This document shows positions 24,632 to 38,207 of a stretch of 64,000 nt of DNA, one piece after another. Position 1 is the stretch's first letter, and each line of letters starts with the position of its first letter. The stretch covers positions 133,486,001 to 133,550,000 of the forward strand of contig OX597817.1 in NCBI GenBank assembly GCA_951406725.2, read 5' to 3'. Under the pieces are notes generated by a model. That model ran no database searches, was not told where the DNA came from, and saw only the letters and a list, made by a program, of their open reading frames with translations. Origin of the DNA: Octopus vulgaris. Lineage: Eukaryota. The position numbers were made by a program, and so were the translations under genes.

Positions 24632-26154
24632 CTGTTAAAAAGAGAAGGGACAGAAAGTGATACTGAAAGAGAAATGAAGGAAAGAGATGACATACCACTA
24701 CTATTCAGTTATTATCATTGTCTTATTGTTTTTTGTAGTTTTATGTAGTAGTTACTGGTGAGTATAGATATCATTTTGATCTTATCTGTATTCACCATAA
24801 AACTTACTGTTGCCAGAAGACGAAAAATAGCTTTACTGAAAATAACCATATGGTTCATAAAAATAGATCTATGCCTGATTGTGTAGTTTCCTGAATGACT
24901 TGAAATCACAGAACTGCTTAGGCAGCATAGGCCTAAATCTTTGGGCTGTAAAAGACTTATACACTATTATTTATCCATCTGCCAGCCTGCTGTTTTGGAG
25001 AATGTATCAAATCTACAATAAGTAACTATGACAAACTTAATGGTTTAGGGATCTCTGTTACTAAACAGAAAGAAATGTCAAATCATTTTTAGAACTCAAG
25101 TGAATTATGTTCAAAAAGTAATTATTAATGAAAAGAATCTGATTGGAACCACCCTTTATTTTTAGTACAGTGACTTATCCTCTATATCTTTTATTTTATA
25201 GGTTGCTGTTTCCATAAGGTATTTGTTATCATTGTTATTCACTTTGGAGTTCTAACAGACGTATAAAAAATATCAGAGTGCTATTTATATATCAGAGTGC
25301 CCTGTAACATTATGTAGCTTTATGCCCCGAGTTAAAATCTTGCCAAGCTTGAACTTAGTTTTTATTCCCCTCCATGTGTCAATATAATTTGTACCAGTAG
25401 CATACTGAGGTTTGATTCAATCACATAATCTTTCTCTACAAAATTGTGGCTTTGAGCAAAAGTTTAAGAAAGAGGATCATTATTTTAAGGGTCGATACAA
25501 CTGGCAATTTCAAATATGACTTTAAACAGGTAGAGCCTATCTTCATATCTTGGAGGAATTCCACACATTTACTCTAGCAATTGATGTTATAATGTAGCAA
25601 TTATTTTGAACATGGTTGGCAGATGTACTTGGAAACAACTCATTAATAACAGGATGTACTGTTAAAAAGTTATATAATGCAGCAGATGTCAGTTGAATGT
25701 GTTAAACTATGAACTAATGAAAAACATTATTTCTTTTGCTAGCCAATTGTTCCGTATGCTAATTTCTGGTAGTGCTTTTCAGGTGGTTGGTTGTAATTCA
25801 TATTTCAGTGTTGTATTTGTATGAAAGATATGAATCCTTAAGCAGAGGAACAATTTGTAAAAGCATTGAAAACAAAATAGAAACTCTTAAGAAATATGGA
25901 TGAATGTATAGTGCTGGCATTTTGTTAGACCATAATAATATAAAAATGAGCTTAATGTACTCGTTTGCTCATTTGCACTATATATAATAAATTGCACTCC
26001 ATCTCATTGGAAAACTTTAGAAGAGAGGAGAGAAAGCAATAATAAAAAAAAGCAATGATGGTTAGAAGTATGTACAGAGTACACAGAATAAACCACAAAT
26101 GATAATCATAAAGAGGATAGGGTACATCAGGTGTAGTGTTGGCCAATTTCAAAA

Positions 26155-26450
26155 AGTATGGAATTTTTGAAGGATACACTGTCCTGACAGGTAACAACTG
26201 ACTGGGATAATTTATTCCATGCTTTGACAATTCTGAGCATGGAAAACTATTTCCAAAAGTCATGGGTGCTGCACTGCATTTTTTTTTCTTCATTTATAAG
26301 CATGTTCATGTGTCATAGAGGTATTGAATTCAACAAGATAGCCAAAGTTGTTGATGGATAATCTTGTGGGATTCTACTCAATCAGCTACTAGATGTCAGA
26401 ACTTTATTGTGTCAATGTTCAGAGAGGTAATATGTTCAATATGTGAGTTA
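26155..26450 (-). mobile_element. CR1-group LINE 3' remnant
   Basis: Minus strand: HAYK...STHDFWK*FSMLRIVKAWNKLSQSVVTCQDSVSFKNS. Confidence 0.65.
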
Positions 26451-29309
26451 AATATGAAGGCATGTCTTCTACACCCATGTTGTAGCTGGTTAGTTGATGT
26501 TTAATGCAGAAGTCAAATAATTTTAGAATTGTATTGTCAGCTTTCTACTTAATCCTCAGGTATGTCTGGTTTCTCTATGATAGCAACCAATCTTGGTTGA
26601 CTGCACCAAGGTTTACAGCAACCTGTAGACTTTCTTTGACAGAATAGTTAATTACTCATATTGACTGAAATTTTTTAATAAATGTTAATTGCATATATAA
26701 TCTGAGATTAAGTGTAAGATAATGAAATCTATCCAGAAAAATTAAGCCAGTGAAAAAGTAAGGTAATTTATTAATGATAAAGCACTAGGGACTCGTCACT
26801 AAGTACTTATTAAAAGCTGGAAGCATATTCTTGGGTGGCTAGTTTATGATAATTGCCCATCTCAAAAGAATTTAAGAATAAGTGATTAAGAAAGCCACAT
26901 ATTTAATTTATATGAACAACACTGAAATAATTAAGATGACACATTGGATAAAAGAATCTGGCATGGTACATTGAAGATAAAATTCGCACTATAACCTTAG
27001 GAAATACACATCTGCACTGTAGTGTGAGAAGCTAAAACTTAAACTGATGATTACAAGTGACATAGCCTACCCACTACACTTATTATGCAGTTTCCTTTAT
27101 AAAATTAGATGTTACTGAATATAGTGATTGAAATAAGTTAACATTTTTTCTTATACTTTTATTAGATTTTATCTCTTCAAAAAAAGTCATGATGTCTGGG
27201 GAGAAATTACAGACAAAAAAAAAATACTGTCCATTAATCAGAAAGGATTATGTCTAGAAACGGATTCCAAAAATATCTTTATATAGAAAGGTAAATAAAA
27301 GAAACTATTTTAAAATTCAATGAAAGTTTCCTTCAAACTTTTATATTTAGGAAGGGGTACCGGGAGATGAAATACTCGTTTACATAAAAAGAATAAGCAA
27401 ATGAGCAGTGAAAGAAAAAAAAATACAAAAAAAACAAAAACTTTTATACTACATCTAATTTTCTATTCTATTTCATTACTTTGTTTATCTATCAGTTCTC
27501 TGCAAAACATTTGGTGCCAGTCCAGACATTCACTATGTCTTTGTCTGTTGCCAATGCACCTAGAGAGGTGTTGCTGTGTGTATATGTGTGTGGTATGTTG
27601 CCAACATTATGTACACTCTACTCAAAGCACTACATAAATCATAGAGGATTAGGTGGCAAGAAAGCAGTTGAAGAGATTGCTGGCATCTCAAATTAATTAA
27701 GTATTTTTTCTAGTAGCAAGTAGAATAAAAGGTTGGGAACTCACTGATTAATTGCAGTTTTACATAACACATCTTATGGAAATTTCTCTCTCTGTTTTTT
27801 TATAATATTGTCTGTTAGTGTATATGTGTATTTTTCTCTGTATCTATTTATTTTAGCAGTTGTTCACCTGTGTGTGAGAGGAAAACATGTATTTATGCAT
27901 TGCTGTGTGTATGTGTGCACATGTGTGTGTATGTGTGTGTGTGTGTATGGTTATAGATATTGATATGTGTGTATGTAAAGGTTTGTAAGCACACGCCTTC
28001 TAAAGTGCAGTACCAAAGTAAAACTTGCATAATTGATAGTTATGACTGCATTGATAGCTATGACTGCAGGTGCAAATACTGGTTCATCCAATGAATGGAA
28101 CAGATACTGAGCCAAATTCTGTGTGTGTGTTCCATTCACATATCAAACAAAAGTTATGTACTTTGTATACTTTGTTTTGCAAACAGTTATCTTTTGTTCC
28201 ATAACCCATCATCAGATATCCTGCCAGGCTTGTTTCATTCTACTTTTAGTTTTTATTCAATTTGATTAGATCAAAGAAAATTATTTTAAATGGAAGAGGA
28301 TTTTCATCAATATTTCAGCATTGCCAAGAAAATATGGTGCACAACACCCATTTAGATGGTTATTTCATTTTTCTCTTTTATTTTATTGGCTTTCTCCTAT
28401 TCTATTTGATAATTACAATGATGTGGGTGTGTGATTACGGTGGTGGTGGATTCTTGCAGTAATTTGGATGTGTGGTGAAATATTGCAGTAATGTAGATAT
28501 GTGACTAAGGTGTCTGACTATGACAGTATTTGTATGGTTAAGAAGTGGACTAGTAAGATAAAGTCACCAGTTTTAATTTTGTGCAACTAGTACAATATTA
28601 CAGCCACATTACATGTTCTTTTGTAATGTTCATGGAAATCCAGTAAATTTCTTGCTTCAGAAGTGAATGATCAATGTTGAAGAGATAAAAAAAATGGATT
28701 TGCATATTTAAATATTAACTGCAGCAGATTGTGTCTTTCGTGTTTGAACCCTGACACAAATATATTCTATTCTAGAACTAAATCCATTATTCTGCTAGTT
28801 GCAATCAATCGACTTGCAATTCAGTTATCACATCTACATTATGATAGAATTGTCAGTTCTATATAAAACATGTTGATATAATGAAACTGTTCCAAGAATT
28901 TTTGAAAATGTTTAAATTTGAAAACTTACGTAATCAATAAGCATTCAAAATGCATGTGTTTTTTCATGCTATTAACTTGATATTTTTTTTTTATCAATTC
29001 CTTTTAATTTGAGTGAAGAGATGCTTTCTCATCAAGTGTTGATAGTTTAGTAAACATACTGAGATTGCCAATAAATATGATATGGTTAAACCAGAATGTT
29101 GCTTTAGATGTTACATGAATTCATCAAAATCACATTATAATTGAATAATGACTCGGTGAATGAGTAAATTCTTAGTTGTTCATGCTTGCTTCCTCTGCCA
29201 TCCATGAAATCATCTTTATGCTAACAACTAACTGTTTTATTTTTATGTTAGAATGAATATGGTTATTAAACATTTTTGACATTAATATCCTTAATATCTT
29301 AGAAAGACA

Positions 29310-29870
29310 AAATCAAATTAAATGAGTGAAGCACTTGTTAAGAAGTGTAAATCCACTGTTATTATATTTATAGAAAGAGAGATAGAGATCAAGGTAAACT
29401 GATATATGTTTGAAGCAAAAGAGCATCTTATACAGGTTGCATTTGTAAAATTGAAGAAAGCGAGCAAATATAATATACCAGGCAGTTAATATAGAGGCCA
29501 AAGAGATGGTTAGTGTTTTTATTAATTTATTACTTTGAAAACATAAAAACAGTAGCATCTTGATTTTGTAACGTTCTTCTTGGCTAAAGAATAAAAGTGA
29601 TTGTATGGGGGTTAATATAATGAGTATTTAATTTAAAATACTGCAAGTTGGCTGACAGTGGGTAAAACAGGGGTCCAGAAGAATGCCTTTCAAGGATTGA
29701 AAGATAAGGTATAGAGTTAAATGTGGCATCTAAGAAGTGAAACTTAATAAAGGGTAACAGTAGGATGGGTTTAGGTTGGAGTAGTATTGCGCTATCAAGT
29801 TCAAAGAAAGAGAGGCATAAGAGGAGATAGAACAATAGCATTTTCTTGACAATAATGAAAGCTTGCATAT
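29310..29870 (-). mobile_element. Penelope-like RT remnant
   Basis: TFNSIPYL...PLSANL (cf. F.FN..Y.Q..G..MG..P..ANL) and SVYLDLYLS (cf. FLD) in the expected order. Confidence 0.5.
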
Positions 29871-29992
29871 AACAGATGAGAGCTATAGTAACAATCCACT
29901 TTATAAATATAATATACAGGCATAATGTTTGTATAATTAAGAAGCACTATGTTGGAACTCTTGATTGTTCAATCTGTTCAGATCATGATTAA

Positions 29993-30208
29993 CCCTTTCG
30001 TTATCATATTTCTTTTAAAATACACTGTGTTTTGATTAAGTTTGAAAATAATACAGAATTTATTAAGATAACTTGGTCATTATTAACAGATGTTTAGAAC
30101 ATAAATTAAAACGAAATTTTGATGGAAGATTTTAATTAAGATCATTTTAAAATGGGTAGTTTATATCATAGAACCAGGGTGGTTTCAGGCAGGTTGGTGT
30201 CAAAAGGG
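29993..30208. mobile_element. piggyBac-type MITE
   Basis: TTAA|CCCTTT ... AAAGGG|TGAA termini (right TTAA has one mismatch). Confidence 0.65.
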
Positions 30209-32267
30209 TGAAGTGGTTGACTCTCAGAAGGGTGTCCACTGTAGAAGCCATTCTGCTCAGAAGGGAAATTTTCAAATTTTCAGATATATTTTGTTAATCA
30301 CAAAATTAACATTCTTACCATACATTATTGTGGAGGTCTGTCATTCTCACAACATTCTTACAAATAATAATAATAATAAAGAATCTAATACCAATCACTT
30401 GTGTAGGACAAAGAGAATTTTGGCAACACCACCTCAGTTAACAAGTGGCAATAGAAATGTGTGGTAAAATGTGATTTTATAGTCTCAGATATCTTCTGAC
30501 AAGTTAGATGACTGTATCTTAAGTCTAGAAATTGGATAAGATATGACTATTCAAATGTGATAATGTGTCACACACTACAAGGAATTGATTCACTAAAGGT
30601 CATAGTATCAGCTAGGTAAAGATTTCAAAAGTAGAGAACAACCAATAGTAAAAAGTAGGAAAAAGAAAATTTAAAAAATACCATAGAAACTGTCTTGGTT
30701 TCTTTTTATTATGATGTTTCATTTAGTGTGTTTGTTATGAAATGGATTTTGATGCCCTTGCAAAACAATAAGCACAAAAGTAAGTATTTTTCTTTAAATT
30801 GCAGAATTGTATTTATAAAGAAAGGGTAAACCAATGCAACAAACTGTGAAGAGCATATGGCAGCTGCAATGCATAACTGTAATTTATTATTATTTTCTTT
30901 TGTTGTGGTTTTATCTATTCCATTTGCTATTGATTTAGCTCTGTTTGATAACATTTTGGAGAAATACATTGATGAGAAAGAGTACTATCTGTGTTGTTGT
31001 TGTTGTTGCTGTGTTGCTCGAACAGTGAAAACCAGCAAAACAAAATAAATTGATGGCACTTAAGTGAGATATTGAACAAGGCAAGTTAATCTAAGAATTC
31101 ATGCTTCTTTCCCGAAATGGAAACCAGTCAAGTTAGATATCTTTCAAGGTAGAAGATAGATTTTGTTATTGATCTCCTTGAAACTATCTTATCTCCTTTG
31201 ATTGATTAATTTCAGCTTCTGAAGTTTGTTATTGAATTATTATTATGTTTTTGTTATTGTCTTTTTGATTTTACTTTTACCTTTGAAATGTTATCTTTTT
31301 TGACAATTTTTCAGATATCTATGAAATGATGTAAAATATAATCTTCCCACACCACACTCCATCCAGCAACAAAACAATGTTAAAATAACAGTACCATGCC
31401 ACCTCACCACTCCTTGTCATATCCATCACTTACAGCTTATATTTTATACACTTCCATGACTACACTAGTTGAGCATGTAATGCAAATAAATGGTAGACCA
31501 TTTGAAGAGGTTATGCTGTAGAGAAATTAGAGAAAACTTGAGATGTAGACAAGGATTTGAGGAAACTAGGTGGAAGTAGTTAAGCTAGTTTTCTAAATAG
31601 ACAGTTTCACTATTGAGATGTTCCTGAATGGAAATGTTGTATTGTATGGCAATTCAGTTTATACTTTGTTGACACAAATGGTGATAATGATGGCAATTTC
31701 ACCTCATAGCTGTCCCATTTCTATATCAGGCAACAAGCAGCTTGGTTCATCTCATTCCTCTCGAAACAATTAGGTTGAGAAGTGGTTAAAAACTAGACAG
31801 TGTAATCCTAACTATATGATACCAAATTATTAGAAGAATGCATTATGAACATAATTTCATTTAAACTCTAAATATGAAATATGACAACTGTAATTACTCA
31901 GGAATTAACCAGACTAATGATGGACAGTCAAAAGGCTCATATTTTCCTCCGGGGAATTTATAGGTTGAGAGAAGCTGCATCTCTTCCTGTGTGTCTAGAC
32001 TAGATTTTAATTATTGAAACTTTAAGATAAAGAGCCATCACCTCTTAGTTTATTTAGTTGAAAAATATTAGTGACATCTGGATATGATTAAAAATCTGTT
32101 AACGGGTTGGGGTTGTCATTTTTTTACCAGATAACATTTTGTTTCTGATATGTTTATGCAATGGCTTGTAAAATGCGCTTAAATGTAAAACTTCCTCATA
32201 ACTGGTTTATAGAATAACATGTTTGCTCATTTTCCAGTTGTTATATATATATATATATATATATACA

Positions 32268-32499
32268 CAGGATTGGCCCCAAATCACTCAACAGTAAATA
32301 AAAATTCCATAAATACTATCTGTAATTCTATGTTGACTGGAATGGGAAAATGTGTCACTCAAGAAGGACTTCAGTTTAAACATTTTTCATGATGTTTCAT
32401 ATTTAGATGCTTTTATTAAATTCATTCAGTTGTTAAACATAAATAAATCTTGGAATTAAATGGGTTTGATTTACTGTTAGGTGACTTTTGGCCAACTTG
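32268..32499. mobile_element. Tc1/mariner-type MITE
   Basis: Imperfect TIRs of about 35 bp (CAGGATTGGCCCCAAATCACTCAACAGTAAAT / ATTTACTGTTAGGTGACTTTTGGCCAACTTG) beside a TA tract. Confidence 0.65.
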
Positions 32500-32504
32500 A
32501 AGTA

Positions 32505-33709
32505 ATGACTAGTGACCAAGACTTTTTTCAATATGCTGTGCTTGAGAAGACCCATCAAGCCAAGTGAAATTGTAGTCATATGCTGGTGTCATGTAACTGG
32601 CACCTGGGCTGGTGGCATGTAAAAAAGCACCTTCTGAGTGTTGGGCCTGACAGAGGCAAAGTAGCTGAATTCTTTTCAGTGTTGGGCCTCGTGGAGGCAA
32701 TGAGCAAGACATTTGGCAGTATGTCGTGCTTGAGAAAAAGACCCATCAAGCTGAGCAAAAAAACGAAGGGCCTCTCCCTCAGAGTGAAAGACAGACTGTA
32801 TGATGCATGTGTGTAAACAGCTGTGCTACACGCAGTGAAACATGGGCTGTGGCCACACTTGTGTAGGCTTGAAAGAAATGAAGCTAGCATACTTCGCTGG
32901 ATGTGCAGTGTCAGTGTGCATATATGACAGAATGTAGGTGTCTTGAGAGAAAAGTTGGGCATAAGAGTCATCAGATGTGGTGTGCAAGAAATATGACTGC
33001 ACTGGTATGGTCAGATGATGTCTATGGATGAGGACAACTGCATAAAGAAATGCCAATTTCTAACTGTGGAGGGAACCTGTAGTAGAGGTAGACCCATGAA
33101 GACATGGGAGAAGGTAGTGAAGCATGAAATTTGAATGTTGGGCTTCACAGAGGCAATGACTAGTGACCGAGACCTTTGGTGATATTCTGTGCTTGAGAAG
33201 ACCTGTCAAGCCAAGTGAAATCATAGTCATGGCTAATATTGATCTCATTTAACTGGCACCCATGCTGGTGGCATGTAAAAAGCACCTTCCGAGTGTAGGG
33301 CCTTACAGAGGCAATATAGCTGATGCCAGTGTCGCATAACTGGCACCTATACCGGTGGCACATAAAATTCACTTTTTGAGTGTTGGGCCTCTCAGAGGCA
33401 ATAACAAATGACCAAGACCTTTGGAAATATGCTGTACTTGAGAAGGAAACCCATCAAGCCAAGCCAAGTGAAATCGTAGCCATGGCAGATACTGATGCCA
33501 TGCGACAGGCACCCATGCTGGTAGTATGTAGAAGAACCTGTTACAATCTTGGAGAGGTTGACATTAGGAAGGGCATCAAGCCATAGAAACCATGCTAAAT
33601 CAGACTGCAGTCTGGTGAAGCTTCTCAAACTATTAAGCCCTGGTCAAACTGTCCAACCCATGCCAGCATGAACAATGGACGTTAAATGATGCTGCTGCTG
33701 ATGATGATG
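32505..33709 (+). mobile_element. Rearranged RTE LINE fragment(s): ORF C-terminus plus reiterated 3' modules
   Basis: KGLSLRVKDRLYDACV...ETW...LHWYG; repeated TGTTGGGCCT..GAGGCAATGA..GACC.AGAC...CTTGAGAAG..CCCATCAAGCC modules; (GAT)n tail. Confidence 0.85.
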
Positions 33710-35399
33710 TACATACATCAACAAAAGAACAAAAGCCAGAGGTAAATAATCCTCAATGATCAGTTACTATTAAATTTATTGAGAACAGAAATGACCTAAG
33801 CTAGTTAACTAATAACCAGCTATATGACACAGTACCACACAGGACTGCATCAGTCAGCTAGTCTTGAAACACATGATATCACAAGAATCATACTGGCCTT
33901 GTTTACATTCATTCTGATGGAAGTGAGGAAGTTGCTTATGTAAAGGATAAAACTCTAATCCCCTTTTCTATCATTCATTTCTGTTCTGTTTCTGAATTAT
34001 TACAGGAGTGTGCTTTTGAGAAAAGTTTTGACAGAATTCTATGAGTTTATGTACAAATGTCATTAGATATACAAATTGTAGATTATCAAGAACACACACA
34101 CACACACATTCGGTGCCATCTCTAAATAGTCATTTATCCGGAATAGTGTACTGCAGAGTAATGATTTCATTTTCAGTGTCAGTACAATTATTCTCCATGC
34201 CTATACTCATGATCCTAAGGTATTAAAAACTATAAAAATCCATAATGATATCAAAAGTCTACATGATGACTTTGATACTCACTGTACAGAGGTATGCTGA
34301 AGAAAACGTCAAATTCGATGCAGTGGAGTTTCTAGTGTGAGTGTGAGTGTGTGTGTGTATGTGTATGGAGATAATCACTGAAATAATAGTATTCATAAAA
34401 ATACTGGTGCTACAATCAAGGAAACAAAATAATATTAGGTTACTTCTATAGTGATAAAATATAAAGCAATTGAAATTTAGTCATGTGTGTTTATTAATAA
34501 TAACTTTTTCTGAATTTCTTTTTATCAATTATATTGTGGAAGAAACCTTTCAGTTATTTGGAAAGAAAGATAAAATAAAAGATAGACTTTTGTCACCTTT
34601 TATTTTGGAAGGTTTCAAAATTTGTGTTATGATATTTTGATTTCGTTACTGATACAGTTTCACTGCAGCTGTTTGAAGCTTATTGCTTAGAGAAACTTAT
34701 AGATAGCCAGTGTCAAGAAATCAAACATATGTCCATAAATTTAATGTGTTGGGGCAAAGATCTTTTGATTATGAGGACTTATCCTTAACAAGAATTCAGA
34801 TAATTGCAATGGAAGAATGTAGGTGACCTGGTCTCATTGGGATGGCATTGATTCTGACATTTCACAAAATAAGCTAAAAAGTGAATACAACAGTTTTTGT
34901 CTGTTTTGCATAGCTAAAATGACTTTCATGATACACCTGCTTCAATTTCAACACATAGTCTCACTCAGATCAAATCACTTGCTGAGCAAGAGCAATGCTG
35001 ATTGTTATTAGTGTTCTTGAAATGTTACGGCTATGTTGAAATAATTATGAAGCATATTAAAATGTGTGGCATCAACATCACAGTTATGAATACATTGGAC
35101 CTGCTTCGTTTGGTAAACAACAAAAGTTATAATCAACTTATTCATAAATATAACAAGCAATCAGCAATGTAAAATAGCATCATTTTAGATTTTAATTTTT
35201 CTAAGTTTAGAGGCTTTTTAAATTCAGCAGGAAATTTTTCATTCTTAACAAGAACGAACTCAATATTAAAATGCATGCAAGCAAATATCTTCTCTTCCAG
35301 AACCACTCCACTTGAAGGAAAAAACATAATGACAAGCTGTTTGATGTTAGCTTGAGCAGTTTCAAATAAGGTTGATTATGCAAGCAGGCAGGTCAAAAT

Positions 35400-35900
35400 A
35401 TCCATTTTATATAAAAAAAAATTGGATTCAGTATGTAGGACTACACATTATTTAAGGATCACAATATCACAAAATTACAAAGAAGTCAACCCTAACATAT
35501 CGATAATAAAGGCTTCACTTAAACCCAAACACTCACAACAACATCTAAGATTTATTGGTAGACTAAGAAATGTAAGTGAATAAAAATGAAACATAAACTT
35601 CTACAAAAATCTCTTTTAAAAGGTCTGGAATGAATATAAATAGAAAATATCTGTAGCGTGTTTCATTGTGAAAAAATAGCTATCTTATCTATAAATGTAA
35701 TTATGTCTTAAAAAATGATGAAGTCAAAATGTTCCCCAAAATAAGTATCATTCAGTACCAGAAGCCAGAACAGAAACATCACCTGGTTCAGTACCTGAAC
35801 CCCAAAAGAAACATAACCAGGTTCAACCTCCAGTATATTGGAAATGAAGTTACGAATATTGCAGAGAATTTCTGAGTGCTAACATACTATATTATTCAAA
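35400..35900 (+). mobile_element. Penelope-like (Naiad-type) RT remnant, very decayed
   Basis: ITISQNYKEVN and KRNITRFNLQYIGNEVTNIAENF (cf. KRNIIWFNPP.S..V.TNIG..F), same family as 40560-42030. Confidence 0.5.
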
Positions 35901-36634
35901 ATGAGCAACAATGTTTGTTTTAGTTTTATGATATTTTGATGGGAATATGTTGCAACTCTGAAAACAACCTTACCATATACTCCATCATACTTGATCAGCC
36001 AGAAAATGGTGTGTGTGTGTGGGGGGGTCTAATTACTGCTGAAATAGCAACATTTCATTATTTTTATTGCATTGTTTACATATGTATTAGTGATTTGATG
36101 GCGAAGCTTTTAAGTGGTTTCATGCCTTGTTAGAAAAAGCAGCCAAATTTCCCCAACAACCCTGCTGCAGGACACATTAGATAATGAAGTGCTAATGTTG
36201 TTATAAGATTTGTAAAAGCTAGCTCAGATAGTTATAGATGATTACAGATCTGTTTAATTTGAACAATGAGGAACTTCCCTGTGAACCAAAGCAATGTAGT
36301 TTCAGTTTCCAATTAAAACCACTTCACTTCATGCTGATATCACTATTGACTAAGGCATGTTAAAATATAGGGCAACCTTTGTACCTAAATGAAAGAAACT
36401 AATATAACTCAAACTACTTTTCCACTGGAAGTTGTACTGATGAATGAAATCATCCCAGTTACATTACATATTCAATAAACCTCACTAGTAGACTTTCATT
36501 TCAGCAAATGGAAAGCAATAAGTGTCTCTGTTTGTCTTGGCATAGAATTTAATTTACCGTTTAAACTTTTGTATTACAATCTGATAAAACAGTCCATCAC
36601 CAGATTCTTTGGATTCTACTGTTTCATTACTTAC

Positions 36635-36652
36635 TGCAATGTATTTCTATGC
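36635..36652 (-). other. Candidate 18-nt microexon of an unidentified host gene
   Basis: CTGAC branch point, CCTCATTTTACATTTTCCCAG acceptor, GCATAGAAATACATTGCA, GTAAGT donor. Confidence 0.45.
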
Positions 36653-36779
36653 CTGGGAAAATGTAAAATGAGGGTCAGAATTGACAGGTAGTATTATACA
36701 CAATTTAGAAAAAATTAAATGGTTATGTTAGCAACAACTAATACATCCTGTATTTTGGTCTGTGGTTATGAAACACTTT

Positions 36780-37337
36780 GTGGGCATAAGGGGCATGAAA
36801 TGTGGTGAGCAAGAGAGAATACTGCACTGGTATGGTCATGTGATGCATATGGACAAGGACAGTTGTGTAAAGAAGTGCTGATCTCTAACTATGGAGGGAA
36901 CCTACAGTAGAGGTAGACCCAGGAAGACATGGGACAAGGTAGTGAAGCATGATCTTTGAATGTTGAGTCTCATGGAGGCAATGCCTGGTGACTGAGACCT
37001 TTGGCGATGTACCGTGCTTGAGAAGGCCCATCAAGACAAGTGAAATCGTAGTCATGACTGATGCTGGTGTCACATAACTCATGCTGGTAGCATGTAAAAA
37101 GCACCTTTCAAGTGTTGGGCCTCACGGAGGAAATTTGGCCAATGCCAGTGTTGCATAACTAGCACCTGTGCAGGTGGGACGTAAAAATCACCTTTCGAGC
37201 ATTGGGCCTCATGAAGAGCATCCAGCTGTAAAAACTGTCAAAACAGACACAGAAGTCTGGTGCAATCTCTTGCCTGGCCAGCTCCTGGAAAACCATCCAA
37301 CCCGTGCCAGCATGGAAGGTGGATGTTAAATGATGAT
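36780..37337 (+). mobile_element. RTE LINE 3' fragment
   Basis: LHWYGHVMHMDKDSCVKKC...RGRPRKTWDKVVKHDL, then family 3' UTR and tail. Confidence 0.85.
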
Positions 37338-37362
37338 ATATATATATATATATATATATATT

Positions 37363-37894
37363 CAAGGAGACTGAAAAGTAACTCCCTATTTTAAAATACT
37401 TATAAATTATTCATTGTAATTTTTGTAATTTTTACAAAAAATGGATGTGAAATGAAATGTTTTTGTATGAAGTTTTATTTAAAATTCAATATGGACTTTG
37501 GGTGTCGCCACCAGCTACTTGAGTCGCCCAGAAATTGCATCAACCGATTTCACCAGAAACTCTTGTGGGATGGAAGAAGACATAACTTCTCATATTTGCC
37601 CTTCAAGTTTGGTACAGTAGATTGTTCCTTTAACTAACCTCAAAGAAAGAAGTTACAGGGTGTGAAGTCAGGACTTCTGGCTAGCTACTCATGTGGACCA
37701 CAATGATCCATCCATCACCTGAGGTAGTGGGCTTTCAACCATTCACAAATGACAAGAGCAATACAATTACAAATTAAATTCTCATCATATTTCAAAACAA
37801 AAAAAAAAAACAAGCACAAAGAGTTTTAGAAAAAAATTACAATTAATAAATAATTTATAAGTATTTGAAAATAGTTAGATACTTTTCAATCACC

Positions 37895-37897
<3 letters not shown>
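37363..37897 (-). mobile_element. Internally deleted Tc1/mariner-superfamily element with transposase C-terminal remnant
   Basis: TIRs of about 60 bp (TGAAAAGTA...AAATACTTATAAATTATT); minus strand HE*LARSPDFTPCNFFL*G*LKEQ...IPQEFLVKSV (cf. WPARSPDLTPCDFFLWG). Confidence 0.8.
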
Positions 37898-37930
<33 letters not shown>

Positions 37931-37999
37931 GTAGGCATATGCATACATACAAATATATATGTATATACATATAATCATATGTGTGTGAATTTATGTAAC

Positions 38000-38207
38000 A
38001 CCTTTGAGCGGGGTTGTTGTCAGAACCGCCTGACTGGCCCTCATGGCAGTGGCACGTAAAAGCACCCACTACACTCTTGGAGTGGTTGGCGTTAGGAAGG
38101 GCATCCAGCTGTAGAAAATTCACCAGATCAGATTGAGCCTGCTGCAACCTCTGGCTCACCAGTCCTCAGTCAAATCGTCAAACCCATGCCAGCATGATGA
38201 TAATGAT
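38000..38207 (+). mobile_element. RTE 3' UTR fragment
   Basis: GGCACGTAAAAGCACCCACTACACTC...GTTAGGAAGGGCATCCAGCTGTAGAAA. Confidence 0.85.

Noticed and set aside
25180-26566. Plus-strand splice-like motifs (17-nt cassette at 25202-25218; CAG|GTATGT at 26559)
   Set aside because: Not frame-preserving or weak signals; no supporting plus-strand gene
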